Both the position numbers and the translations under genes were made by a program. Shown here piece by piece: positions 1 through 12,642 of a stretch of DNA of 64,000 nt (position 1 is the first letter of the stretch; every line of letters starts with the position of its first letter). This stretch comes from Octopus sinensis. Taxonomy: Eukaryota. Below the pieces are notes generated by a model. It had not been told where the DNA came from, made no database searches, and worked only from the letters and a program-made list of their open reading frames with translations. The DNA lies in contig NC_043016.1 of the NCBI RefSeq assembly GCF_006345805.1, positions 31,868,001-31,932,000 of the forward strand, written 5' to 3'.

Positions 1-1160
1 GCCTCCGTGCTGTGGGCACGTAACAAACACCATCCGATCATGGCCGTTCGCCAGCCTCATCTGGCACCTGTGTCGGTGGCACATAAAAACACCTTCCGAA
101 GACCCGGCAAGACTAGTCAGTCCACCTGTGCATACCTTCCTTCCTTCTTGTGACACTTGTGAAGACCGGTTGAGGCAAGTGAAAATCAAATCAAATCAAA
201 TCAAATCAAATCAAAATAGACAAAATAGATGAACATCAATGGAATTTGTATCTTGTGGTACCAGTGCCTGTGGCACACAAGAAATCCATCAGTGCCGTAG
301 TCAGTGCGGTGGGCACATGACAAACACCATCCGATCGTGGCCGTTCGCCAGCCTCATCTAGCACCTGTGTCGGTGGCACATAAAAACACCATCCGAAGAA
401 CCGGCAAGACTAGTCAGGCCATAACCCATGGCCCCTACCTGGGACGTAGTCAGTCCACCTGTGCATACCTTCCTTCTTGTGACACTTGTGAAGACCTGTT
501 GAGGCAAGTGAAAATCAAATCAAATCAAAACAAATCAAAATAGATGAACATCAATGGAATTTGTATCTTTGTGTACAGTGCCGGTGGCACGTGGCACATA
601 AGAAAACCATCCGAACGTGGCCGTAGCCAGTACCGCATCGACTGGCCTCCGTGTTGTGGGCACGTAACAAGCACCATCCGATCGTGGCCGTTTGCCAGCC
701 TCATCTGGCACCTGTGTCGGTGGCACATAAAAACACCATCCGAGCGTGGCCGTCTGCCAGCCTCGTCTGGCACCTGTGTCGGTGGCACATAAAAACACCG
801 TCCGAGTGTGGCCGTCTGCCAGCCTCGTCTGGCACCTGTGTCGGTGGCACATAAAAAACACCATCCGAGCGTGGCCGTCTGCCAGCCTCGTCTGGCACCT
901 GTGTCGGTGGCACATAAAAAACACCATCCGAGCGTGGCCGTTTGTCAGCCTCGTCTGGCACCTGTGTCGGTGGCACATAAAATCACCCACTACACTCTCG
1001 GAGTGGTTGGCGTTAGGAAGGGCATCCAGCTGTAGAAACACTGCCAGATCTGACTGGACTGGTGCAGCTTTCGGGCTCCCCAGACCCCAGTTGAACCGTC
1101 CAACCCATGCTAGCATGGAAAGCGGACGTTAAATGATGATGATGATGATGATGATGATGA
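1..1160 (+). mobile_element. RTE-tailed SINE-like element with internal ~62-bp tandem array and duplicated ~300-bp block; truncated by window start
   Basis: tggcacataa recurs at 721, 783, 845, 908 and 971. The (aaatc)n-containing block is duplicated (1-290 and 300-600). The 3' end ttggcgttaggaagggcatccagc...ccatgctagcatggaaagcggacgttaaa(tga)n matches the tail of the RTE LINE at 54050-54305. Confidence 0.8.
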
Positions 1161-1849
1161 TATATAAAACCAAACACGAGAGGACAAATTTCAAAGGTCA
1201 GTGTTCATATTCACTCAATATATTTCAAAGTGTTGGAATATCTACAGTATACAGATGCGCATTCATAGACACAAGATATAATATAAAAATTTATAAATAT
1301 ATATAAAAATACAAAAATGCATTTGCGAGGTTGTATTTTTTTTTTTTCTAGTTTCAGCTCAGAGCTGCGACCATGCTGATGCACCGCCGTTAAAAGTTTG
1401 AGAACTTTTGATGTTCAGTAGGACTGAACCTGAAACCATGTGGTTGGGAAGCAAACTTCTTAACCATGCAGCCATACCTGTATGGCATAATGTATGTCCA
1501 CATTAAAATCAAATCAATGAGGATATTAAGATATGCCAATGGTGAATGTAGAGCGGTAATCCAAGTAGATGAGAAAGTTTGTATAAAATGATTTTAAAAG
1601 TAATCTTGAGCAGGTACAAAGTCTGACAGCTGTTTCAAGAAGATATAGGTTGGTATGGGTGAGTTAATTCCAACCATAACAATCATCTATATTTCTTTCA
1701 TTAGAGTTAATCTAAAGGATTTATAAAAAGAGTTATTTAAATCTTAAAGCTTTAAGCACATATATATATGTATATGTATGTGTGTGGGGTGTAACCAGCC
1801 TACTTATGAGTACCCCTCATTCATTGGACAATGAACTTTGCTTGCGAAG

Positions 1850-2372
1850 ACCTATTGAGGCAAGTGAAAACAAATCAAAATTGCTGATGTGGCCGATGAC
1901 AGTACCACCTGATTGGCACTTGTGCCAGTGGAGCATTAAAAGAAGCATATCCGAGCATGATCGTTGCCAGGGCCATGAATTGGCTCCTGTGCTGGTGACA
2001 CGTGAAAAGCACCATTCGAGCGTGATCACTGCCAGTGTCAACTTACCAGCACATATGCTGGTGGCACATGAAAGACAACATTCTAGCATGGTCGTTGCCA
2101 GTGCTGCTGGACTGGCTCCTGTGCAAGTAGCACATAAAAACACCTTTTGAGCATGGTTGTTGCCAGAACCGCCTAACTGGCCCTCGTGCTGGTGGCACGT
2201 AAAAAGCACTCACTACACTCTCAGAGTGGTTGGCGTTAGGAAGGGCACCCAGTTGTAGAAACTTTGCCAAATCGGATTGAGCCTGTTGCAGCTTCTGGCT
2301 CACCAGTCCTCAGTCAAACCATCCAACCCATGCCAGCATGGAAAGCGAACATTAAACGATGATGATAAACAT
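1850..2372 (+). mobile_element. Older diverged copy of the RTE-tailed tandem-unit SINE-like family
   Basis: Degenerate gtggcac units followed by the same ttggcgttaggaagggcacccag tail and gatgatgat. Confidence 0.7.
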
Positions 2373-2645
2373 TAAACGATATTCAATAGCCTAAAACATG
2401 TAAACAGAAGCAGAGGAGGAAGAGGGGAGGCTATAAGACATGGTGATGACAGCAGCACAGCCAAAAATGGGTGATATGAGCTTGGGTTTAAGTGCAGAGT
2501 GTATTTAAAAACCTAGGATGGGCACATTTGCTCAGGTGGCTATAAGGAAGAGAGCCCTGCCTTCCCAGAACACCAAGTCCCTTGAATACCTTCCCTGGTC
2601 ATGTCTTTACTGCAAGTGTTGACTTACAAATGTTTAACAAGTACA

Positions 2646-3090
2646 TTAACTCTTTAGCGTTCAAGTTTCTCTGTCAAATATAATGCTTATTTATTCACAT
2701 TGGTTTGAAGCTATCATCTTGTAGCTTTGAGGTTTCAATTAAGTGATAGTTTTATTTTGAGAATGTCTTAGTCGGGTAGGTGTGAGAGGCTAGATCTGGT
2801 CAGTTTGAAAATAGAACAGATAGAATATTTGGGCTGGCCAGTATTAATGCTTAAAGTAATAAAGTATGCATGTATGTACATATGTATGTATAATCCTTTG
2901 ACATTAAGATTACTCTGTTATATGTAATACTTATTTATTCAAACTGTTTTGAATTAATCATGCATTATCTGATAGCTTTGAGATTTCAGTGACGTGATCA
3001 TTTAATTTTAGAATGACATTGCAGAGTGGGTATGAGAGACTGGATCTGGTCAATTTGGACATGAAACAGGTAGAATATTTGGGGTGGATG
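2646..3090. mobile_element. Two adjacent decayed copies of piggyBac-type MITE family A
   Basis: Start ttaactctttagc; internal gaatgacattg..ggtaggtgtgagaggc..gatctgg shared with intact copies. Confidence 0.65.
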
Positions 3091-3092
3091 CT

Positions 3093-3425
3093 GAGACACC
3101 CTTTGGTCATAACTGACCATGGGATTGCACCTAGAAAGTTACCTTTCCAGGCACAATTCCAAGCAAGGTTGTTTTATGGAAGACTAGCAGTCACCAATGC
3201 ATACCAGCCTCCCCTCTCCACACCACTGATGTTATCCAAGAGAAAGGCAAAGGCTGATACAGCTTGGCACCTGTGATGTTGCAACTCATTTCTACAGCTG
3301 AGTGAACTTGAGCAACGCGAAATAAAGTGTCATGCTCAAGAGCACAACACACAGCCCGGTCCAGGATTTGAACTCACAACCTCACGATTGTAAGCTCAAC
3401 GTTCTAACCACTGGGCCAAGCGGTG
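3093..3425 (-). mobile_element. tRNA-derived SINE (family E of this window)
   Basis: Reverse complement of the copy at 28563-28910; tRNA-like head with A/B boxes near 3360-3420. Confidence 0.75.
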
Positions 3426-3758
3426 GATAAAGCCAGCCTAAATCCTAAAGGATTAATGGTATTCATCTCATTAGCCTAAGAGGGCATGCAAAAGCCACAA
3501 GAACTGCTTCTTCCTCCAGACCCAGGAAGTAGAAAAAATAAGTAAATAAATAATATTGTTCAAGAACATATACCATAAAATTACTAAAAGAAATAACTTA
3601 AAAATTTATTTTATAAATTTAATGTTTTTGAGTGTTGCAGCATCAGATGTAAATTCTTGGTGGGTCGAGTCCAGAAATAATTCTTAATCAAAACCTTCAA
3701 TACATCATAGCCATCGGAAATAACAACACAAACATTATGGACCAGCTCAGTGTAGCCT

Positions 3759-3917
3759 TTATCCCTTTAGCATTTAAACCAACAATATCCACCCTAAAAG
3801 TTCCAACTGACCAAATCAAGCCTCTCATACCACAATGCTATGATATAATGCGTGGTTAATTCAAAACAATAAATAAGCTTTACATTGGACAGAGTAAGCT
3901 GAATGCTAAAGGGTTAA
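3759..3917. mobile_element. piggyBac-type MITE A (internally deleted)
   Basis: ccctttagcatt ... aatgctaaagggTTAA terminal inverted repeats. Confidence 0.75.
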
Positions 3918-4509
3918 ATAGTCACCCAACATGCTAGAAATAGCAACTGAGTTTCTCTTACATCATGCTATCAGCCTAAAAAGAAATAAAACAAGGACAG
4001 TTGATAATGTAGTCTGGAACACACTACCTAGAAAAAAAAGGGAAAAAAAAGGAAAAAAAGAAAAAGATAACAGAAAGGAAGTTATGGATGGAATGCCTTT
4101 GATCATAAGTATTCTAAATGGGATTTGATTTGATTTGATGCGAAACAACAATAACAAAAACATGGACACAGTAAACTTCCTATTTGTATTTTATTTTATA
4201 GCATTTTTGTGTAACAATAGTATCAGTGGTTACAGGTTTTAAGCGAGCCAATCACTGGTTCACTGAATTTTCTGATGGAGAGAATGACAGGTTGGGAGGA
4301 GTTGTCTGTCTGTGTGTCTGTAAATCTTGAGCAAACAAATACCCATAACGATATCAAACTTGAAGCTGATTAAGAAACAAACTAATAATTGAATTTGAGT
4401 TGTCTTACCACAGACTTCATAATAATCTTGATAGTTGTAAAAAAAAGGTACCAAACAAATTTGGGAGGTCAGCATTTTAAATTCATTTTGACTGCTTTTC
4501 CATTTTATT

Positions 4510-4737
4510 TTAACCTTTTAGCATTTAAACTGGCCATATCTAGCCCAAATATTATACTTGCTTTATGTACAGACTGACCATATACCACCTCTTACACCTA
4601 CCCTACAATGTCATACTAAAAATAAACAAGCACATCATTGAAATCTCAAAGTTACGAGGTAATGCATGATTAATTCAAAACAATAGGAATAAATAAGGAT
4701 TATATCTGACAGAATAATTCGAATTCTAAAGGGTTAA
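4510..4737. mobile_element. piggyBac-type MITE A
   Basis: TTAA-cctttagcatt ... aattctaaaggg-TTAA; TTAA at 4510-4513 and 4734-4737. Confidence 0.8.
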
Positions 4738-4749
4738 AATGAAAATAAA

Positions 4750-4996
4750 GGTTTCCTTTTTGAGCCATGCCAGGCTCATGAGGGCCAGTTTCCCTGTTTC
4801 ATGGCATATGTATTCCGCACCTGGATGCGATGCTAGTCCACCACAGAATTACTCATTTTTGCCAGCTGAGTGGACTGGAACAATGTGAAATGAAGTGTTT
4901 TGCTCAAGAACACAATGGATTGCCCAGTCCAGGAATTGAAACTACAATCTTACAATCATGAGTCCAAAACCCGAACCACTAAGCCATGCACCACTA
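4750..4996 (-). mobile_element. tRNA-derived SINE (family B)
   Basis: Reverse complement of the TSD-flanked copy at 21623-21886. Confidence 0.75.
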
Positions 4997-5438
4997 CAAA
5001 GCGTTAAAATACCCATAACTATATCAAACTTGAAGGTTAATAATTGAATTTAGTTGTCATATCAAAAGCTTTTATTATAATCGTAATAGTTGTAAAACAG
5101 GTGCCACGCCAATTTGTGAGGTCAGCATTTTAAATTTACTTTGAACTGCTTTTCCATTTTATTTTATTTTAAAATGCTCATAACTATATCAAACTTGAAG
5201 CTTACGTAAGAAACAAACTTGAAGGTTAATAATTGAGTTCAGGTGTCTTATCAAAGCTTTTTATCTTTATAATCACATTTTGTAAAGTGGTTGGTGTTAA
5301 GAGGGGTATGCAGTTGTAGAAACCATGCCAAAATAGACAATCAGAGCCTTGTGCAGCTCTCTGTGTCTGCCAGCTTCTGTCAAACTGTCTAACCCATGTC
5401 AACATAGAAAATAGATGATTTACAGAAAAAAAAAATAT

Positions 5439-5990
5439 GGGTGTGTGGTAAGTAGCTTGCTTACCAACCACATGGTTCCGGGTTCAGTCCCACTGCGTGG
5501 CACCTTGGGCAAGTGTCTTCTACTATAGCCTCGGGCCGACCAAAGCTTTGGGAGTGGATTTGGTAGATGGAAATTGAAAGAAGCCCATCGTATATATATA
5601 TATATATATATATGGGAGTGGCTGTGTGGTAAGTAGCTTGCTAACCAACCACATGGTTCCGGGTTCAGCCCTACTGAGTGGCATCTTGGGCAAGTGTCTT
5701 CTGGGCCGACCAATGCCTTGTGAGTGGATTTGGTAGACGGAAACTGAAAGAAGCCTGTCGTATATGTATGTGTTTGTGTGTCTGTGTTTGTCCCCCTAAC
5801 ATTGCTTGACAACCGATGCTGGTGTGTTTACGTCCCTGTCACTTAGCAGTTCGGCAAAAGAGACCGATAGAATAAATACTGGGCTTACAAAGAATAAGTC
5901 CCAGGGTCAATTTGCTCGACTAAAGGCGGTGCTCCAGCATGGCCACAGTCAAATGACTGAAACAAGTAAAAGAGAGTAAAGAATAAAGAG
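5439..5990 (+). mobile_element. tRNA-derived SINE (family C) with tandemly duplicated 5' half and internal (TA)n
   Basis: Head gtgtggtaagtagcttgc..ggttccgggttcagtcc at about 5440 and again at about 5615; conserved tail ccagcatggccacagtcaaatgactgaaacaagtaaaag. Confidence 0.85.
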
Positions 5991-6444
5991 TAGGGGTGGG
6001 TGGGATAAGTGGTAATTTCAATGAGTTTTTAACATCTGCTGAGCAGTCAGCTGTGAAGTAAAGAGTAGTTAGCAATAGGTATCAGTACAATAGTAGACTT
6101 GTATTAAACAATAAAAGCCTTGTGTCAAATATTGAGAACACCAAACAAAGAAAACAACAAAATCTCAGTCAATCACTTTATGACAAACACACAGTTGTTT
6201 AGTTTTCAGGTTTGGCTTTGAATGTGCAGAGAGATCTATAACCAATGGCAGGACAGCCCTGATCATCTTGTCAGTCTTTTTTGTCTTCATTTTTTTTATT
6301 GCTCAATGTCTATCTCTAATTTCATTATCCAATGTATCCATTATTTTTGTTTTGAAGATCCAGGGTTTTAGTTGGAATGACATTTGGCTGCTATTTCTAG
6401 CAGGTTGAGCAACCATGTAGGAAGCACCTTTGTGTGGGTGGTTA

Positions 6445-6785
6445 ATTAACCCACGTGGCTGGCACCTTGGTTAAGTATTTTCAGCTATAGACTTAGGCTC
6501 ACCAAAGCCTTGCAAGTGGATTTGGTAGATGGAAACTGAAAGAAGCCTGTCGTATATATTTATATGTATATGTTTATGTGTGTGCATCTGAGTTTGTACC
6601 CCAACACTGCTTGACTTAATGGTGTTGGTGTTGTTATGTCCCTGTAACTTAGCGATTTGGCAAAACAAACAAATAGAATAAGCATCAGGCTTTAGAAGAA
6701 AAAATTCCTGGGGTTGATTCATTTAACTAAAAATTCTGCATGGTGCTGCTCCAGCTGGGCCACTAGTAAAAGATAAAAAAATAAA
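6445..6785 (+). mobile_element. SINE family C, diverged
   Basis: gtggatttggtagatggaaactgaaagaagcc core plus 3' module. Confidence 0.7.
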
Positions 6786-7452
6786 GAAAAGAAATAAAGT
6801 TCTCTCTCTCTCTCTCTCACCACCCCCTCCATCTCTCCACTCGGGGAAGTGTAATTGCAGTTCATTATGGCATGAGAGTGAATTAGAGGTTTATTGCCAA
6901 GAATGTGATGACACAACAGTTCTATAATAGTAATGATATTACTATTATCATTTTTATAGTCATAAGTTCACCATCTTATGCTCTGAAAAGCATTAGTGAG
7001 GTCAAGATATTATCTAAAGAAATGCTTGATTTTCTAGCTAAGCAAATTAATAATGTCTTTATGATGATGACTGTTCATAGAAAAATTGTCTTTTCTTTTC
7101 CCACATAAACATACAAACTTGTGAAAACTTGTTTTTCTTCCCTATCTTTTCAAGGTATACATGTACCCACACAAGTTAATTGTTTAGCATAAAAAAAAAA
7201 TGTAGGTAGGTTGATGAAAATAAAACCTTGCTTATTTTTTTTTCCTTTGTTGCTCTTGTTTTTCATATTGAAATATTCATTTTTGAAAGACTATCCTTCA
7301 AGTCATCTTCACCTTCTGCGTTGTATTTTTTTTTTGTGTGAAATAAATACACAAGATTATCATGTCCTCATTAAAATTTAAAAAAATTTTTGTGCATAGA
7401 AGCAGTGCAAGGTTTGTCATGAGGTGTCTAGTTTGCATATCGATGAATAACT

Positions 7453-7454
7453 GC

Positions 7455-7506
<52 letters not shown>

Positions 7507-7700
7507 TGAGTATATGAGTGTGCATGTTAATGCGTGTGCATGCGCATGTCAGTGTGTGAAGCATGCATCAGTGTGTGTGCTAGTGCATGCATGCATGTGT
7601 TAGTGCGTGCGTGCATGTGTGTTAGTGCGTGCGTGCATGTATGTGTGTGTTAGTATGTGTGTGTGTGTGTTTGTTAGTGCGTGTATGTGTGTGTCAGTGT
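7453..7700. repeat. Compound microsatellite (TG)n(TA)n with degenerate TGCA/TG tract
   Basis: Directly visible. Confidence 0.9.
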
Positions 7701-8134
7701 TAGGGAAGGGCAAGTGCTGAATGGGTATCATTTGCACATAAGTGAAAGCAAGTAGGTCATTAATATGCAAGAAATTGGGCAGGGGGCATATAACCAAACT
7801 CTTCTGTCCTTGAGTTTTCAACACTTGGTTATGTAGGGGAACTGTATAATGACAATTAGCATATGATCTGCATTTTAAACCCGGCAAAGTCCATCTTTCT
7901 TCAGGTCTGGCAACAGCCATTTTCTTATGGTGGGGAAAGAGAATGAAAGAGAGGGAGAAAAATAAAAATTGGTATCATTATAGGAATGGTACTTTAGTAA
8001 CTCTTAAGGAATGAAAAGCAAAGTTGACTTTGATAGGAGTTGAACTCGGAACAGAAAGTTGCAACTAATACTACAAGACATTCTAGGTGGCTCTCTAATA
8101 ACTCTGCCAAGTTACTGCTTAACTGAACCTTTTT

Positions 8135-8415
8135 TTGTTCCTTCTAGGGCCGGTTTCCCGGTTTCCTTGGCATATAGGTTTCCCCACCTGGACGGGACGC
8201 CAGTCCATCGTAGATGAGCTGCAAGATGCAGGAGGAAAGAGTGAGAGAAAGTTGTGGCGAAAGAGTCAGCAGAAATTCGCCATTACCTTCTGCCGGAGCT
8301 GCTTGGAGCTTAGGTGTTTCACTCATAAACACACACATCGCCCCGTCTGAGATTTGAACTCATGATCTGTTGACCGCGAGTCCGCTGCTCTAACCACTAG
8401 GCCATGTGCTTCCAC
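8135..8415 (-). mobile_element. tRNA-derived SINE, mosaic of family A body and family B-like tail
   Basis: Head ccgcgagtccgctgctctaaccact on the minus strand; tail ggaaaccgggaaaccggccc. Confidence 0.7.
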
Positions 8416-8479
8416 AAACTGAACCTTGGAACATACTAAAGCTGATAGATTTTTTAAAATAAAAAACAAGTTGTATTGA

Positions 8480-8790
8480 TATCATCATCATCATCATTAT
8501 TCAACATCCGGTCTCCCATGCAGTAATATTGTAATCAAACAAGCAAAGAGTTAAGCGATATATATAGCTAGTCCATATCACTCCGTAAAGAGAATAAGGA
8601 TCAATTTCCTGGTTTTTCTGGCATGTATATTCCTCCCTGGATGGGATGCTGCTCCACCGAATCAACTGAAGGAACTGGAGCAAAGTGAAATGAAGTGTTT
8701 TGTTCAAGAACACAATTTACAGCCTGGTCTAGGAATCGAAACCACAGTCTTATGATCATGAGTCCAAAACCCTAACCACTAAGCCGTGTG
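8480..8790 (-). mobile_element. SINE family B joined to an RTE-type (tga)n tail fragment
   Basis: ggaatcgaaaccacagtcttatgatcatgagtccaaaaccctaaccactaagcc is the antisense head; catcatcat at about 8482. Confidence 0.65.
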
Positions 8791-8849
8791 TCTCTGCAAA
8801 AACTACAGAAGCTCACTTGTTGGCCCATGTTCATTTGTGTATCAATAAG

Positions 8850-9295
8850 TGGTAAGACAGCAGCAAACTGGCATAATCGTTAGTGTGCCAGGTAAAATGC
8901 TTAGCAGTATTACATTTGTCTTCATGTTCCGAGTTCAAATTCCATTAAGGTCAACTTTGCCTTCCATCCATTTGGGTTTGATAAAATAAGTACCAATTGA
9001 GTACTGGGGTTCATGTAATTGACTTATCCCTCCCCCAAAATTGCTGGCCTTGTGCCAAAATTTGAAATTATTATTAAGTGGTGAGATGGCAGTGAACTGG
9101 CAGAATCAATAGCAAGCTGGACAAAATGCTTTGTGGCACATCCTCTGGCTTTACGTTCTGAGTTCAAATTCTGCCAAAGCTGACTTCATCTTTCAGAGCA
9201 ATAAAATAGATGTACCAATGCAGCACTGGGGTCAATGTAATTAACACCCTCCACCAAAATATCAGACCTTGTGCCTATGGCAGAAAGGATTATCA
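8850..9295 (+). mobile_element. Two tandem copies of tRNA-derived SINE family D
   Basis: Both carry aaatgctt...gagttcaaattc..ggtcaactttgcc..ataagtacca..ttgctggccttgtgcc. Confidence 0.7.
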
Positions 9296-9619
9296 AGATG
9301 TGTGAAATGGGGGTTCAAACTGGAATGCAGTTCATGAATGTAGAAACTGGAAGATTTTTCAACAGTCTAGTACTGAATATTTATGTATTGGTGAGGCAGG
9401 TGGAATGGAGAAAGAGAGAGAACTAGTGAAGTATATGAGTGTGTTTATGTTCAAGAAGACAAGAGTACACTCCCAGAGGAAAAATAAGACATGGTGGTCA
9501 GCTGTCGGGTAGTTTCTGACAAACTGGACTTCAAGCAGCCTCCTGTACTTGGTAGGCAGGACCCAATCATATCTGGTCAGCTATGTCACTGGAACTAACT
9601 CATTCACAGTGGCAATATG

Positions 9620-10295
9620 TACCTCATTGGGAATGGGCCTACCAAAGTCTTGTGAGTGGATTTGGTTAAGACAGAAACTGAAAGAAGCATGATGCATATA
9701 TATATATATATATATATATATGGGCGACCTGCTGTGCTTGCACATCAACATCCAAATAAAAATCAAATGGAAATTGTAGTTGTTATACCCGTGCCAGTGA
9801 CACATAAAAAGCACCAACCGATTGTGGCTGTTACCAGCTTCCTTTGGCCCCTGTGCTGGTGGCACATAAAAAGCACCCACTACATTCTCGGAGTGGTTGG
9901 CATTAGGAAGGGCATCCAGCTGTAGAAACACTACCAGATCAGACTGGAGCCTGGTGCAGCCTCCTGGCTTCCCAGACCCCGGTTGAACCATCCAACCCAT
10001 GCTAGCATGGAAAACAGATGTTAAACAATGATGATGATGTGTGTGTGTGTGTGTGTTTGCCCAACACCACCACTTGACAACCAGTGTTGGTGTGTTTGCA
10101 TCCCTGTAACTTAGCAGTTCAGCAAAAAGAGACTGATAGCTTAAGAATAGAACAGATTGGTTTTAATAAAAAAAGATTTAAAAAAAACAAAACAAAAAAA
10201 AACTGGTGTAGATTTGTTTCATTAAACCCTTTAAAATGGTGCCCCAGCATGGCCACAGTCCAAATACTGAAACAAGTATCAGATAAAAGATGAAA
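9620..10295 (+). mobile_element. SINE family C split by an RTE-tailed SINE (about 9725-10040) inserted in its microsatellite
   Basis: C core before (TA)n at 9687-9721; RTE tail ending gatgatgat at about 10038; C 3' module resumes after (TG)n. Confidence 0.7.
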
Positions 10296-11284
10296 CTAAA
10301 TAACCGTTGCACTGTAAACTTCAGGCTGTGATTAGATTGAAATGCCTTCTTCAAGGTAGCTTATCCTTACTCTAATTTGGATATTCATGTTGATGTTAGG
10401 AAGGGCATCCAGCTATAAAGACCCATGCCAGAACAGACAGTGAAGCCTGGTGCAGTCTTCAGGCTTGCCAGCTCCTGACAAATAATCAAACACATGCCAG
10501 CATGGAAAATAGATGTTAAATAATGATGACGATGATGATGATGATATTGGGGTAGGTGAAAGTTAAGTTTCTTTTCACCTCCTCAAATAGTGTTACAATG
10601 AAAACGGAGACTCAAGTCTTTGTATAATTCTTCTGAAATTTCTCATGATGGGGGTACTGCTGTACAAAAGGTCAACAGGAGAAACTGGCTTGGCCAATTT
10701 GACCTAGTTATAATGCTATTGTGTATGTCCTGCAATTGTTCACAATGCTCACATATCGCATCTTACAAAAAAGAAGTCATCTAAATTACAAATAAAGATA
10801 TTTCCCACACAAACTTGTTTATCAAATTAGGTCCCAAGACACACTTACACACACACACACACCTGTAATCATTTCACTGTATACATACACACACTTGGAA
10901 ATACACATGTACATGCGTATACATTATCACATGTAACCACACACACACACACACACATAATGCATATGGATGATGGATTGAATGAATAGGTGCTGAGAAA
11001 TGAAATATGACAAGCCAGGTACGTTGAAAATAAGAAAAACAGGAACATGTAATTAGACAAAGCGTTAGAAAATAGTCTTCCCAAATATATGGAGTGGCTG
11101 AGGGGTGATTGTGAATATGAAGTTAGATAGAGATAACTAAAACCAGCTTGTAAAAAAGAATTATGTTTAATTGACTGGGACAATAATGGTATGTGTATAC
11201 CAGGCCATCAAGCAAAAGGATAATTTGAAGAAATACAAAAATTCAATAGAATACTCAATGTTATACAGACTGAAAATAAAGTTT

Positions 11285-12324
11285 AAATCCTTTAGCATTT
11301 AAACCAGCCATATCTACTTAAAATGTGGAGGCGCAATGGCCCAGTGGTTAGGGCAGCGGACTCGCGGTTTCGATTCCCAGACCGGGCGTTGTGAGTGTTT
11401 ATTGAGCGAAAACACCTAAAGCTTCACGTGGCTCCAGCAGGGATGGTGGTGATCCCTGCTGTACTCTTTCACCACAACTTTCTCTCACTCTTACTTCCTG
11501 TTTCTGTTGTACCTGTATTTCAAAGGGCCAGCCTTGTCACTCTCTGTGTCACGCTGAATATCCCTGAGAACTACGTTAAGGGTACACGTGTCTGTGGAGT
11601 GCTCAGCCACTTACACGTTAATTTCACGAGCAGGCTGTTCCGTTGATTCGGATCAACCAGAACCCTCGTCGTCGTAACCGACGGAGTGCTTCCACATACT
11701 TAAAATATTCTATTTGTTTTATGTTGAAACTGACCAGATCCAGCCTCTCACACCTACCCCACTATGTCATTCTATAACTAGACAATCAGATCATTGAAAT
11801 CTCAAAGCTACAAGATAATACATGATCAATTAAAAACACTGAATAAATAAGCATCACATTTGATAGAGTGATTTGAACGCTTAAAAGGTTAAATCATTTT
11901 TAGCCCAAATATTCTATCCCTTTTTATGTTCAAACTGACCAGATCTGCCTTCTCACACCCACTCCACAATGCCATTCTAAAAAAATAATCAAGCGCACCA
12001 TTGAAATCTCAAAGCTACAAGATAATGCAAGATTAATTCAAAACAATGTGAATAAATAAGCATCACATTCGACGGAATAATCTGAATGCTAAAAGATTAA
12101 CCCTTTAGCGTTCGAATTAATATGTCAAAAGTAATCTTTATTCATTTACATTTTAAAAAATTAATCTGGTATTATCTTGTAGCCTCAAGAGTTGAAAGAT
12201 GTAATTGTTTATTTTTAGAATGACATTGCAGGGTAGGTGTGAGATACTGGTTCTGGCCAGTTTGAGCATAAAATGAGTAGAATATTTGAGCCGGATATAG
12301 CCGGTTTAAACACTAAAGGGTTAA
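11285..12324. mobile_element. Chain of three piggyBac-type MITE A copies joined at TTAA sites
   Basis: TTAA junctions at 11889-11892, 12097-12100 and 12321-12324; the third copy is inverted relative to the first two. Confidence 0.75.
11325..11696 (+). mobile_element. Young full-length tRNA-derived SINE (family A) inserted in MITE A
   Basis: 10-bp TSD tacttaaaat at 11315-11324 and 11697-11706; A box tggcccagtgg, B box ggtttcgattccc; CpGs retained. Confidence 0.9.
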
Positions 12325-12642
12325 GAAAAACTATGGTGATTATTGTAACAATGTTGCATAAGAAAAGATAAATGAGAGAACCAAGAGTGACTTTCATTGT
12401 TCGTTGCTTGTAATTCCTAAGTTGAAAAATACACACACACACACATTTCAATTTTGGCTCTGGAAGTAGTGTTAGTTATAAAAATTGTATTTGCATAAAG
12501 CTTGATAGCTCATGTTCTATTTCATGCCATTAGGGAATGTCTAACGTACATTTCGCCATCTACAAAGATGATGCCCTCGCCTTAACGGGCTAATACAAAT
12601 GGACCAGCACAAGATCGTTTTAGGAAGGATATTATCCAGTTA

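Noticed and set aside
660-985. CRISPR-like array
   Set aside because: The units are head-to-tail with no unique spacers, and the context is eukaryotic
525-1132. Overlapping ORFs up to 193 aa
   Set aside because: They are by-products of the 62-bp tandem array, with no protein motifs
11325-11400. Genuine tRNA genes at SINE heads
   Set aside because: A/B boxes are present, but there is no full cloverleaf, and the heads continue into SINE bodies with TSDs
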